Positions 39,722 through 52,790 of a stretch of 64,000 bases of DNA are shown in pieces. Within the stretch, counting starts at the first letter, position 1. Each line of letters begins with the position of its first letter. The translations under genes were made by a program, and so were the position numbers. Under the pieces are notes generated by a model. That model saw nothing but the letters and a program-made list of their open reading frames with translations, made no database searches and was not told where the DNA came from. The stretch comes from Octopus vulgaris (Eukaryota), in the NCBI GenBank assembly GCA_951406725.2, contig OX597821.1:34410001-34474000 (forward strand), in the 5' to 3' direction.

Positions 39722-41014
39722 CTTCCTTCAGTCTCTGCCTACCAAATCTAGTCACAAAATTTTGGTCAGCCTGGATATATATATAATAGAAGACACTTCC
39801 GCAACATACCATGCAGAGGGATTGAACCAGAAACCTACTGGTTGGAAAGCAAACTTCTTAGCCACACAGCAATGCCTGTGTTGTGTTATTTTATTGGGTA
39901 GTGGCTGCTATAACAGAGTATGTCTTTGTGTGGGTTGTCGTATACTTTTGAGTGATGATTGTACTTTTTTATGGGATCTGTGAATGATGCTTATGTTGCT
40001 TTAGTGACAAGTGATGAATACGTAAGGTATTTACCGCGTTTTGTTGTATTATTTATTAAGTGGCAATTTTACAGAAGATGAGTCGCTGGTTTTTATAGTG
40101 CCGGGGAATTGAATGTGCAACGGTGTCTGTTATTTTATTGGGTATACGCTATTTTATCGAGAGGTGGTTGTGTGGCGTAGGTGTTGTGTAGGCTGTGTTA
40201 TGCTGTTTGGTAATGTTTCTGTTGTGCTTGTGTTGTGCGATATCTGATACTGTGAAGCATTATCATGTTGGGTGTTGATTATCTCAGCGCATGTGTTGTG
40301 CATTTTATCGAACGCTTGTTATGTAACGTATACGTCTGTTTTGTTTGCTGTGCAGAGAGTGTGCTGTGTTAATTAACGGTGGTTTAATAGTGGCATTGAA
40401 TTGAAAGTGTCCTGTATAAAGTGATGGCTGTGTCTAGTAGAATTATTATTTTTCTTTTAAACTGTTTCTAGAAGTGTGAGTCCTGATGCAGTTTTTTTTT
40501 ATTGTTTTGTTCATTCCCCCACCCACCCCACCTAGTGCTCTTTTATCTTTTACTTGTTTCTGCAGTCATGCTGGGGCACCACTTTGCTAGATTTAGTGAA
40601 ATAAATCAACTCCAGTATTTTTCGCACTAATACTTATTATTCTGTTAGTCTCTTTTGCTGCACCACTAAGTTACAGAGATGTAAGCAAAGTATCACTGGT
40701 TGTCAAGTGGTGGTGAGAGACAAACACTAACATAGACACACATACATATAAACAGGTAGAAATATAGAATAAAGCAAAGGTGAAAATGTATTGGAATTCT
40801 TTTAGATATTTTACCTTTTTAATTTTGAAAGATTTCTTGGATTTTTGAAAGGTTTCACAAATTTGTTGGATTTTCAAAAGTTGAGATAGAGAGATGTGGA
40901 GCTATGCTGCAATTGTCTTGCTTCTTAGAAGCAAGAAACTAGTTACGTCTTTAAGAATTTTTAGATAAATGATCTAAATAAATCACAGTGTATTTTCAAT
41001 TTCTTTTATATACC

Positions 41015-41417
41015 CACTGACTGGCCCCCGTGCTGGTGGCACATAAAAAGCACTATCCAAATGTGATTGATGCCAGGACCACCTGACTGGCCCCTGTGCC
41101 GGTGGCATGTAAAAAGCCCCTTCCGAATGTGGCTGATGCCAGTATCCCCTGACTGGCATCTGTGCCGGTGGCATGTAAAAAGCAAAATTCAAATATGATC
41201 GATGCCAGGCCCACCTGACTGGTTCCTGTGCTGGTAGCACATAAAAGGCACCCACTACACTCTTGAAGTGGCTGGCATTAGGAAGGGCATCCAGCTGTAG
41301 AAACATTCCCAGATCAGATTGGAATCTGGTGCAGCTGCTGGCTCTCCAGACATCAGTCAAACTGTCCAACCCATGCCAGCATGGAAAACGGATGTTAAAC
41401 GATGATTATGATGATGA
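41015..41417 (+). mobile_element. RTE-tail element (family D) with about four 60-65-bp internal tandem units
   Basis: Repeated CTGACTGGCCCC.GTGC.GGTGGCA..TAAAAAGC units, then the D tail. Confidence 0.85.
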
Positions 41418-41433
41418 TATATGTATATGTATA

Positions 41434-41663
41434 GGTGGTGAGCTGGCAGAAACGTTAGCACGCCGGGTGAAATGCGTAGCCGTATTTCATCTGCCGTTAC
41501 GTTCTGAGTTCAAATTCCGCCGAGGTCGACTTTGCCTTTCATCCTTTCAGGGTTGATTAAATAAGTACCAGTTACACACTGGGTCGATATAATCGACTTA
41601 ATCTGTTTATCTGTCCTTGTTTGTCCTCTCTGTGTTTAACCCCTTGTGGGTAGTAAAGAAATA
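41434..41663 (+). mobile_element. SINE family C, full length
   Basis: TSD GATATATGTATATGT. Confidence 0.9.
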
Positions 41664-41844
41664 GATATATGTATATGTGCTGGTCGTGCTTCAGCATGGC
41701 CACAACCTTAGGGCTGAAACCTAAAAAAATAAAAGAATATACATATATATGTATGTATGTATTTATGCAATGTAATCGACCAGTCCCAAAATTTCAGGCC
41801 TTGTGCCTATCATAGAAAGTAATATTATCATTAATATTTTTCAG

Positions 41845-42165
41845 TAGTCTTATTTTCATCACGTGCTTTCACTGCACTACCGAGTGCAGCTGTGTGTGCC
41901 TTGGGTATGTGCTTGGGTATGGCTTGTTGTGGTGTTCTTATACTTGCTGTATTGAAAGTATTTTGCATAGGATGTGTGCGGCACCTAGTAGTGCTATGTT
42001 CTCTATCTCATATATACTTGTAATTCCTGGTGTTTTCGTTATGTATTTGTTTGAATGTGTTCTTTTTTAATCATACCCAATGTGCCTACTATGATAGGAA
42101 TTGTTTCTGCTTTTAGACTCCACATTTGAGTTACCTCTATTTCCACATCTTTGTATTTTGTAAGT
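41845..42165 (-). pseudogene. R4/Dong-like non-LTR element, restriction-like endonuclease C-terminus and 3' UTR
   Basis: Translates KYKDVEIEVTQMWSLKAETIPIIVGTLGMIKK...IALLGAAHILCKIL, homologous to 55229-55573. Confidence 0.8.
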
Positions 42166-43681
42166 TGGTGTTGCTTTGGCAGAGGTTTGTGCTCTCAGAG
42201 GGTTCTTGTTGTTGTTGTTGTCGTCGTCAGCATCAGCGTCGGCGTCGGCGTCATCATTATTGAACCTGGAATAGGTTGATTGGCAGAACTGTTAATATGT
42301 TAGACAAAATACCTAGTATTATTTTTTCGGGCTCTTTACTTTCTGAGTTCAAATCTCACCAAAGTTAATTTTACTTTTCATTCTTCCAAGGTTGACAAAA
42401 GAGAATACCAGTTAAAAACTGGAGTTTATGCAATTGACTGGCCCTCTGTCCTTGAAATTGTTGACCCTGTGCTTATTAAAAAGATTGGTAGAATCAGGAG
42501 AGTGTTGGAGAAAATGCCTTGCTATATTTGCTCCTGTCCCTTGGTTCTAAATCAATGTTGCTTTTCATCCTTTCAGGGTCGACAAAATAAAGTCCGAGTT
42601 AAGTTTTGTGGTCAGTGGCATCAACAAAGCTTCTCACTTGGAAATTGCTGGCCTTGTGACTAAATTAGAAAGAATTATTCTACTCATGAGTTCTTACAGA
42701 CACTTGTTGCGATTTTTAATTGAAACCAGCTCTACCTTATTTTGTTATGATATTAGGAAAAGCACGAATACCTTGAATTGTCAGTGTCCGGAATATCATC
42801 ACCCTGACTCCCATCACAACTAATGCCACCACCGCTGCCACCATCACCATTATGTATTAGCAGTGGGAGTGGCAGAATTGGTAAAGTGCCAGACTAAAAC
42901 ACTTGGCTGTATTTAGTTTTGTTCTTTGTCCTTTTGCTTTCATATACCAAAGAAGTCGATTTAGGTTCCTATTGTTTAAAGTTATTGTTTAGCTCCAGGC
43001 CGGACATAATTGATCAGATCTGTGATGAATACCATTCTAGTTGTGACCAGCCTACTTTATTTTATTTTTTTTTCCGCCATAGCATAATCTTGGACTACAT
43101 CATCAAATGTGTGTTATTGTTAAAGATGATGGGGGTGTGGTTTAAGGATGATGTTACTAATGTGTTTAGCTGATTGAGAGGCCATGTAGAGGCTTCCTTT
43201 CATCGCCTTTTGTTCTTGTGCCAATGTAAGAAACCACCACATCAACAACATAATTATTAATGTTATTAAAATTGCCATCTATCTCTCATACCAAATGTAT
43301 AAACACTGTTAGAAAATACAATATATATTGGAATGAATTGAAGATTGTCACTGCAGTGACTCAAGATTGAGAGAGGCATTTCACCTTCGTTGAGGCTTGT
43401 CAATGCTGTGCACCGAATTGTCATCTGCTTAAAAGAAATTTGTGCCTTGATATATAATCACAAGACCCCAAATCTTCAGATCTGTTTCATAATGAATGCG
43501 AGAAAGTTCTCCAAAGAAGTTAACAAGAAATTTTATTTTTTTAAATTCTCCACACCCAAGTTAACAAAGAACTTACTAGATCTACGAACTAAAATTTACA
43601 TTATCAAAAAATTGAAAAATAATAAATTAAACTGATTAGAGCTACCAATGAAGTCATTCTTTTTCTTTTTTCAAATATATA

Positions 43682-44176
43682 TCTATATATATATAAAACT
43701 GTAGTTGTGTGAGTGTCTGTCTCCTTCGATTTAGATTCCTAACTACTCCCACATTTTGCGGTGCAGTTTAACCAAATTCGGGTATCTTATAGTCGTGATT
43801 CATATCGAGCCCGTCTGAGTATTAGCGTGCGTCTACGATGAGTCTACGATTTTAAAAATAATTTAACATCATTTTTTATTCCATTTTAATGCATAATTTT
43901 TCGTGTGTCGATGGCGGCGGAGTTGGCGTCCCTGGTCACCTGTTTGCTTCTCCCCCTTCTTCCCTCCCTCGTGAAGCTGTGGGGAAGGGAGTGTAAGGAA
44001 ATCAACGTCGTTAAGCGTTGTCAAGGAGACCAGCGTTCTTTTAGAACAATGACTTCATGGCTTGAAGACACCAAAACAGAAATGGCTAAGAAAGCCCAAA
44101 TTGGGAAGTAACTCTCTAAAAATGCTTATATAGTTATTTCCCTTACAAACCCGAGCAACGTCGGGCGATACTGCTA

Positions 44177-44177
<1 letters not shown>
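43682..44177 (+). mobile_element. Non-autonomous Helitron
   Basis: 5' TC, 3' CTAG, inserted between A and T; subterminal hairpin CCCGAGCAACGTCGGG at 44150-44165. Confidence 0.85.
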
Positions 44178-44218
<41 letters not shown>

Positions 44219-44220
<2 letters not shown>

Positions 44221-44505
44221 TCATCATCAACATTTAACGTCTGCTTTCCATGCTAGCATGGGTTGGACGATTTTGACTGAGGGCTGGCGAACCAGATGGT
44301 TGCACCAGGCTCCAATCTTGATTTGGCAGAGTTTCTACAGCTGGATGCCCTTCCTAATGCCAACCAGTGTAGTGCGTGCTTTTTAAGTGCCACCGGCACG
44401 GGGGCCAGTCAGGCGGTACTGGCAACGACCTCGCTCGAATCCTTTTACACATGCCACCAGCACAGGTGCCAGTAAGGCGACTTTGGTAATGATTGCGCTC
44501 AGATT
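44219..44505 (-). mobile_element. RTE-tail element (family D)
   Basis: Sequence match to other D copies. Confidence 0.85.
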
Positions 44506-44630
44506 TGATATGTAGATACCGATGGTATCAGGGCATGTATAAGTCTTGAAAAGATTACAAAAATCGATTCCAGGTGAGAATGCAATCAATAAAGCTATGG
44601 GAAATCGTTTTTCTTCGGGATAGAAAAAAA

Positions 44631-45051
44631 GTGAAACTCCAAGTAACAGCTTTTGTTAAATTTCTTCTGCTTTTAAATAAAGCATATTACTCTACCTCTG
44701 GTATTTGAGTACTCTTTTTTCCACCTTGTTTCACATTTATGTGTTTACTCCGGTATATATATATATATATATATATATAATTATTATTTGAGGGAATAAA
44801 ATCCAAACTTACAAGGGAAAAGAATTCAATTTAGAAATACTAAATAAAATTCCACACAATATAATATATATATAAAAAATATTAGAAAAAAACCACCTTT
44901 TATCAATTCAAAATGAATAATTAAATTACACCATCTAGAAAATTACATATAATAGAAAAGTTAAAATTATTTTCTCATGTAATTTTCTAGATGGTGTAAT
45001 TTAATTATTCATTTTGAATTGATAAAAGGTGTTTTTTTCTAATATTTTATA
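44631..45051. mobile_element. Rearranged second copy of the 946-1340 element, with hammerhead 3' half and a fold-back
   Basis: 44631-44757 is the reverse complement of about 1192-1312; 44788-44960 matches 946-1120; inverted arms at 44871-44948 and 44977-45051. Confidence 0.8.
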
Positions 45052-45347
45052 TATATATATATATATATACCATATTCACACGCATCATCATCATCATCAT
45101 GACACATACACTCACACACATATATATAATATTGGTTTCAAATTTTGGCCCAAGGCCAGCAATTTTGGGTGTAAGGGCTTGGTTGATTATACTGACCCCA
45201 GTGCTTAACTGGTACTTATTTTACCGATCCCTAAAAGATGAAAGACAAAGTTGACTTTGGCAGAATTTGAACTCAGAACATAAAGACGGATGGAATGCCA
45301 CTAAGCATTTTTCCTGGAGTGCTAATGATTTTATTCCAGCTCACTGC

Positions 45348-45408
<61 letters not shown>

Positions 45409-45904
45409 ATCACATCACATTAAGAGTACATGTGCCTGAATTACTCAAGCTTTTCTTTATATAGTTCAATAAGTAGACATTTCAGTTGATCAAACAACTG
45501 AGATCCACACCATTGTTGATGTTGTTGTTGATGGCATTGTTATGATTGATGTGAGTGATGTTATTTTTTATGATTGCTATTGGTTTGTTGTCTTTAGTTT
45601 TTAATGCTTCTGTTCTTAGTACTACGGTGGTGCTGGTGGAGGTAGCAGTTGGTATGGTTTTGTAAAAACAAAACATTGAGAGTGATTATAGTGGTGGTTT
45701 GGAGTGTTAGTGAGTCTATAGTGGTAGTAGGAGTAGTGTAGAGTTTTTTGGTTGTGGTGGTGGTGTTGGTGGTGGTGGTGGTGGTGTTTGGTAGTGGTTA
45801 TGTTGTTGTCATTTGTGGTGCGGTGTTGGTGAGTAAGGTCATTATAGCCACCACATCTGCTATTTCATGAAGATTGAACAACTAGGTAAAGCTCTTCATT
45901 TATC

Positions 45905-46912
45905 AGCATCATCATCATCATCATCATCATTGTTTAACTTCCGCTTTCCATGCTGGTATGGGTTGGACAGTTTGACCGAGGACTGGTGAGCCAGATGGCT
46001 GCACCTGGCTCCAATCTGATCTGGTAGAGTTTCTACAGTTGGATGCCCTTCCTAACGCCAACCACTCTGAGAGTGTAGTGGGTGCTTTTTACGTGCCACT
46101 GTCACAAGGGCCAATCAGGTGGTACTGGCAACTGCCACACTCAAATGGTGTTTTTATGTGCCATCTTCCCAGTTAGCCTTCCTTTTGATATTGCTGCACC
46201 TCTTATGTGTCCATAGCTTACACTAGGTACATATAGAGTTTCTACCTACGCCTTTTCTACAGATCAAGCAGGGCCATCTACCTGAAGGGATTTGGGGTTT
46301 GTCTGCCTTCCTACTTATTAAGACTTTGGTTTTAGCTAGGTTGACTCTGAGGGCCTTCAATTCTGATTCTTGCTTCCACACTTGAAACTTCTCCTCTACT
46401 TCTGATAGTGACTCAGCAATAAGAGCAAGGTCATCAGCATAGAGGAGCTGCCAGGGGCGTCATGTCTTGAATTCCTCTGTTATTGTCTGGAGGACAATGA
46501 TAAATAGGAAGAGGCTGAGGACTGAACCTTGGTGGATCCCTACCTCTAACTGGAATTCTTCACTGTACTCGTTGCCAACCCTCACCTTACTGACAGTGTC
46601 CCTGTACATGGCTTGCACAGCTCTCACTAACCATTCATCTATCCCTAGTTTCCTCATTGACCACTAGATAAGGGATTGGAGGACCCTGTCGAAGGCTTTT
46701 TCCATGTTACCGAAAGCCAAGTACAGGGGTTTATCTGTGGCTAGGTATTTCTCCTGCAGCTGTCTTACCTGAAATATAGCATCAGTGGTGCTTTTCCCTA
46801 GCACAAACCCAAACTGCATCTCGTCTAGACTGACCCTCTCCCTAAATAGTTGGGCTACAACCCTCTCCATAACTTTCATTACCTGATCCAACAGTTTGAT
46901 ACCTCTGTAATT
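45905..46912 (-). pseudogene. RTE-clade LINE reverse transcriptase fragment joined to a family D 3' tail
   Basis: NYRGIKLL, QFGF...STTDAIF, KAFDRV, GIHQGSVLS.FLF, PWQLLYADDL and LRVNLAKTKV motifs with frameshifts; the tail occupies 45905-46163. Confidence 0.92.
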
Positions 46913-47033
46913 GATATTATTTTAAAGAACTGATTTCTGCTGAGTTGAATTCCCCACTTTCTGCTGTGATGTTAACACTAATCATGTAGAAGTTCCCTGA
47001 TATAGTTGGCGCCTTGTGGTGGTGGTGGTGGTG

Positions 47034-47325
47034 GTTGTGGCAGAGAGGTAATGATTGTGGTGGTGGCAGTAGTGGTTTCGGTGGTGATAGTGGTGGTGTT
47101 TGTGGTGGTGGTTGTAGTCGTTGTGGCAGAGAAGTAGTGATTGTGGTGGTGGTGGTGTTTTCAGTGGTGGTGGCAGTAGTGGTTTCGGTGGTGATGGTGG
47201 TGGTGTTTGTGGTGGTGGTGGTTGTAGTCGTTGTGGCAGAGAAGTAGTGATTGTGGTGGTGGTGGTGTTTTCAGTGGTGGTGGCAGTAGTGACTTCGGTG
47301 GTGATGATGGTGGTGGTGGTGGTTA
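47034..47325. repeat. GGT-rich tandem repeat, period about 110 bp
   Basis: TTGTGGCAGAGAAGTAGTGATTGTGG recurs at 47121 and 47231, with a variant at 47035. Confidence 0.85.
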
Positions 47326-47736
47326 TTGAGGAGACTGCAGTGATATTTGTATAGTGTTAGCTATTTTTAGTGTGTAGTATGGAAATGAAAGAGGAAATAG
47401 ATGGAGAAGTGAGGAGAGAGTGAAGAAGGAGATAAGAAGACCTGGTGAAAATTATGGAAACAAATGAGAAGGAGAAATTGTAGAGAAAACAAAGAGAGAG
47501 TTTGGGGAGAGAAGGAGAGAGAGAATTAACAGCAGAAGATTCTGGAATGTGAAATTTAGATATGGTTTTCAAGATGAAGTTATAGTTGATTTATTGTCTA
47601 TTTTGTGGGGGCATGTCTTGATGGTGGCAGTGATAGTGGTGTCACCTGGTGGTATGTGTGTGCACGTATGATGTTATAAGGTATGTATGTGTGTGTGTGT
47701 GATTTTCTGAAACGTTTGTGATGCGATGTGTGACTC

Positions 47737-48016
47737 GTGGCCGATGCCAGCACCGCCTCGACTGGCTTCCATGCTGGTGGCACATAAAATACACCAATCC
47801 GACCGTGGCCGTTGCCAGCCTCACCTGGCACCTGTGCAGGTGGCACGTAAAAGCACCCACTACACTCACGGAGTGGTTGGCGTTAGGAAGGGCATCCAGC
47901 TGTAGAAACATTGCCAGATTAGACTGGAGCCTGGTGCAGCCTTCTGGCTTCCCAGATCCCCGGTCGAACCGTCCAACCCATGCTAGCATGGAGAACGGAC
48001 GTTAAACGATGATGAT
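47737..48016 (+). mobile_element. RTE-tail element (family D)
   Basis: Ends GGACGTTAAACGATGATGATG. Confidence 0.88.
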
Positions 48017-48111
48017 GTATAAGGTGGCAAGCTGGCAGAATTGTTACTGTCTCAGACCAATTGTTTTGTGGCATTTCTTTTGAGTCGTTACAACCGTAGT
48101 TCAAATCAGGA

Positions 48112-48648
48112 GTGAAGGTGCATGGCTCAGTGGTTAGAGCAGTGGTTTTCGACCAGGGTTCCGCCAGTACAGTCCAGGGGTTCCGCAAGAAGTTACAAAA
48201 ATGCTAAAATCGACGGTAATTTTTAATTCTCCTGTGCAGATATGTGTGCATAAGACTATTAAATTATTGCAAAGGGGTTCCTCGAGCCAGTGAAATGTTT
48301 TCTTGTGGTTCCGCTCCAGCAAAAAGGTTGAAAAGCACTGGGTTAGAGCGTCAGGCTCGCAGTCACGCGGTAGTGAGTTTGATTCTTGAGCAAGACTCTT
48401 TATTTCTTTATTTCTTGTTGCTCCAGTTCACTCAGTTATAGAAATGAGTTGCGACGTCGCTGGTGCCATGCTGTATCGGCCTTTGCTTTTCCTTTGGATA
48501 ACAATGGTGGCATGGAGAGGGAAGTCCGGTATGCATAGGTGACTGCTGGTCTCCCATAAAAATTAAATCTTGCCCAGGTGTGTATCTCGGAGGGGAACTT
48601 TCTAGGTGCAATCCCATGGTCATTCATGAGCAAAAGTATCTTTACCCT
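48112..48648 (+). mobile_element. SINE family B3 interrupted by a hAT MITE; another B3 copy follows at 48671-48995
   Basis: The head resumes after the duplicated GGTTAGAG. Confidence 0.85.
48140..48340. mobile_element. hAT MITE
   Basis: TIR CAGTGGTTTTCGACC / GGTTGAAAAGCACTG; perfect 8-bp TSD GGTTAGAG. Confidence 0.9.
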
Positions 48649-49034
48649 ACATACATATGTGTGTGTGTGTGTGAAGACGAATGGCTAAGTGGTTAGAGTG
48701 TTGCAGTCACAATCATGAGATAGTGAGTTCAATTTCTGGACCGGGTTGTGTGTTGTGCTCTTGAGCAAGACACTTTATTTCACGTTGCTCCAGTTTACTC
48801 AGCTGCAGAAATGAGTTGCAATGTATCGGCCTTTGCCTTTTCCTTGGATAACATCGGTTGCATAGAGAAGAGGGGCTTGTGTGTGTGGGCAACTGCTGGT
48901 CTTCCATAAACAACCTTGCCTGGACTTATGCCTCAGAAGGTAGCTTTCTAGGTGCAATCCCATGGTCATTCATGACTGAAGGGGTTTGTTACCCTCTACC
49001 TTTAGTTTAAATTCTACTAATGTTGACTTTGTCC

Positions 49035-49066
<32 letters not shown>

Positions 49067-50566
49067 GTGATGGTGCTGGTGAAGGTAATGGTGATGGTGA
49101 TGGTGTTGGTGTTGGTGTTGGTGTTGGTGGTGCCGCTACTGCCACTGATGATGATAATGATTGCAATTAGAGCATATTTCTTCATAGGTCTTCTTAATCA
49201 GGATTGACCTCAGAACTAAACGACTCATACTGACACAAATATTGGTTTCTAGCAGTTGACACAATATCAGACCCCATACATGAGCAGTAGGCTGGATTCA
49301 ACCACAAGAAATTAAAGGGATATAACAAAATAAAGAAAGAAAGAAAGGAAAGAAAGGACTGTCTGTTTAACCCATGACAACATGGAAAACAGACATGAAG
49401 TAAAAATAACAGTCATGATGATGATGTTGTATCTCTCTCTGTAGCCCATGTCTTTTATGATGTCAACAAGTGTGGCCTCTTTGTGGTCATTTGATCTGCT
49501 AGAAATAGCAGTGAGATCTCTTGAGTCACATACTGCTATGTTTAGAAGAACATATTAGCTATTGTAATCTTAGACACCCCTACAAAGACAAAATAATCAG
49601 GGGTTAGAATGCCTGTCATCATGAATTCACTCAGAGTTGACTTGGGCTAAATAACAACAACAACAGCAGCAACAACAACAACAACAACAACAACAACACC
49701 AACACGATGATGATGATGATGATGATGAACAATGTGCCTTTAATTTTCAAAACCACTTTTCACTTCCGACTCATTTCCTTCAATTAAATTAGAAATATCA
49801 GTTTCCATGCAGCCTTAACGAAAACTGTAAACTAAGCTTCTGAATAATTATCATTTAATAAGTCCCAACCTTCAAATATGGAAAATGTAAAATGCAAAAA
49901 AAATAAAAAATAAAAAATAAAAAAATAAAAACAAGCCAGTTCCATGCGTAAACACGTGCACCCTGTATACACACGTGTTATAACATACATACACATGCAC
50001 ATTAACATACATATACTCACGCATATTGTACATACATGCGGATGAAAAAAATAGTAGCTGATAAATCGCAAAAAGAAGAATAAGCTTTTCTAAATTATAT
50101 CAAAATGATTATGTAGAAAGAGTAATTACATGATTTTGATTGGTTAAATTATAATTACCAAAGAAGTTATTGTCTAGTGTGCATGGCATTATAATAAGTG
50201 ACTTATTCATTGCAAAGCTAAACACTCACACACATGCACAGTTGTACACCCATATGGATGTATACACGTGTGTGAGTGTATATATACATATACATGTATG
50301 TGTGAGAGTGTGTGTGTGCATGTGTGTGTGTGTGCATGTGTGTGTGGGATGGATAAAAACTCATGATTAGTGATGGAAGCAGAATTTGGTTCAGAGTGGC
50401 ATTCTGTATATCTTACTTAACATGGATATATTGTTGAAAGCTGCAAAACTACCAAAGCTGTCTTGAGAAAGCTTTTTTGTATAAACCTGTATATACACTG
50501 AAACATGCATTTATGTTTTCCTTAGACTCCCAACTTCTGATAGGGTCATATGGACTCTGTAATGAC

Positions 50567-51131
50567 CAGGGCCGGATTAAGACCTGTAGAGGCCTTAAGT
50601 ACTTAAAAGGTTTTAGTGCCCCCACACACATGTAATCCAAAATATATACAATAATAAACCATAAAATAAATTTTTATTTTTCAAAATGAAACAAAATTAA
50701 CAGTAAGATGGAAAATAATGTTTATTTCTGTATACTTCCTCTTTATTTATATTTGGAAAGTTTTCTCCAGTTTTCTTTAATTGCAAAATCTTTGAACAGA
50801 TCTTCAGAATTAATCTTACGTAATGCATCTGCTTCCCTTCTTAGTGAAAATAAAGCATCCAGCCTGCCTTGCTGCACAGTTGTTTGATGAGATTTTTAAT
50901 ATACTTCAACTGAGAAAATGAATTCTTTGCTGAGCAATTTGTGATCATTAATGTTCAAAATATATGAATGGCAATGTCTACATTTGGATAGGCACACTCA
51001 ATAATGTTTATTTTAGCAAGTTTAAAACGATTTCTAATGTGCCATAAACTATTTACAATTTCTATGGTGCCCATCCTTCCCTTGAAGCCCAAAGCACGTG
51101 CTTATTTTGCTTAAGGGTTAATCCAGTGCTG
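50567..51131 (-). mobile_element. Internally deleted hAT transposon retaining dimerisation-domain coding remnant
   Basis: TIR CAGGGCCGGATTAA / TTAATCCAGTGCTG; TSD GTAATGAC/GTCATGAC; minus translation YPNVDIAI..TLMITNCSAKNSFSQLKYIK...QGRLDAL. Confidence 0.85.
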
Positions 51132-51689
51132 GTCATGACATACTGCATGCCAGGAGCATTTTGGAGTTGGCAGAGCACATCCTTCTCCAGGTCTGACTGC
51201 AATTAATATCTTCCTGAAAGATAGACATATAGGCAAGTGGAAGGAGAGAACGAAAAAGAAGAGTCAGTGACAATACAAGACTGGTACTTTATCTATCAAT
51301 CCTGTGATGATGACAAGCAACATTTACCTGGGCAGTATTTAAAATCAGTGTGCAGAGAGCTAGAACGAATACTGCAGGACAATTTTGTTCAGTGCTTTAA
51401 CAACTCAGCCAGTTTGCCTCCTGGCATTGGCTTTGTCTTTCAAACCCTCTTGTCTCAACAAAATAAATACTGGTTATATACTGATGTTGATTTGATTAAG
51501 TAAAAGTAAAGTTACCTTCTTGATTTGTACCGACACATAATGGCCAGTTGCCCTGGTTTCCCTGGCATATAGATTTCACATGTGGACGGGACGCTGGTCA
51601 GTCGCAGGATGACTCATTTTTGCCAGCTGAGTGGACTGGAGCAACATGAAATGAAATATTTTGCTCTAGAACACAATGTGCCACCCAGT

Positions 51690-51845
51690 CAAAAATTTCC
51701 TGGACTAGTTATGTTTTATAAAAACTAACTTATTCACCTAAGTTTTAACATCATCTCCTTCGAAATAGTCACTCTACACAGTAATATACTGGTCCCAGTG
51801 TTGCTGCCACTTTTGGAATCCAGCCTGGAAGTCATTTCCTGTAAA
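51690..51845 (-). pseudogene. Mariner transposase C-terminal remnant
   Basis: Translates FQAGFQKWQQHWDQYITV*SDYFEGD (mariner RW.KC....GDYFEG). Confidence 0.7.
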
Positions 51846-52172
51846 TGAGTCAAGAACTTATTGTTTGTAAGCCTAGTACTTATTCTATCAGTCTCTTTTG
51901 CCGAACTGCTAAGTTACGGGGATGTAAACACACCAGCATCGGTTGTCAAGTGATGTTGTTGGGACAAACACAGACATACAAACACACACACATATATATA
52001 CATATATACGACGGTCTTCTTTCAGTTTCCATCTACCAAATCCACTCACAAGGCTTTGGTCGGCCTGAGGCTATAGTAGAAGACACTTGCCCTAGGTGCC
52101 ATGCAGTGGGACTGAACCCGGAACCATGTGGTTGGTAAGCAAGCTACTTACTACACAGCCACTCCTGCGCCT
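51845..52172 (-). mobile_element. SINE family A
   Basis: Matches other A copies. Confidence 0.9.
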
Positions 52173-52611
52173 ATTGAACTTCTGAGTATCTTTCCAACTT
52201 CAGTCTGTCATTCAAGCGTATAACCCTTCTTCCTTTGGTAACTTTCGTGAAGTAACATTTTTGAGCAGGTTGTCTTGTAAATTCTGTGCCATTACTGGAT
52301 TTCTTCCAATTTCTGTATGGAGCAAAGTTTTGCTGAAATCTTCTTCAGTCCATTAGCCTGGAAGTTAGTACCACATTAATGTTAATGTTTTTTTTTTCCC
52401 ACTCCTTTCATTTCCCCTCTCTCTCTTTCTCCCTGCTCCTTGCAAATTTTTTTCTTGTATTTGAAGCAGTAGAAGAGTCACATAAAAGCACTGTTTATCT
52501 CTTCAAATAAGGTGTTAAGAAAGTTATGGGAAGTATGAATTTGGAGCAAAGTATTTATTTTACGCTTTATAAAACATTTACATCACTGATGTGCGTATTT
52601 GTGTGTGTGTA

Positions 52612-52790
52612 TCATCATCATCATCATTTAACGTCCGTTTCTATGCTAGCATGGGTTGGACGGTTTTGACTGAGGGCTGGCAACCAGATGGCTGCACCAG
52701 GCTCCAGTCTTGATCTGGCAGAGATTCTACTGCTGGATGCCCTTCCTAACGCCAACCACTCTGAGAGTGTAGTGGGTGCTTTTTACGTGT
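52612..52790 (-). mobile_element. RTE-tail element (family D)
   Basis: Sequence match. Confidence 0.85.

Noticed and set aside
52317-52353. Minus-strand hammerhead-like atgga-CTGAAGA...AAAAC...tccat
   Set aside because: Stem I is present but G12 is missing, stem II is unpaired and there is no NUH triplet; at best a dead relic.
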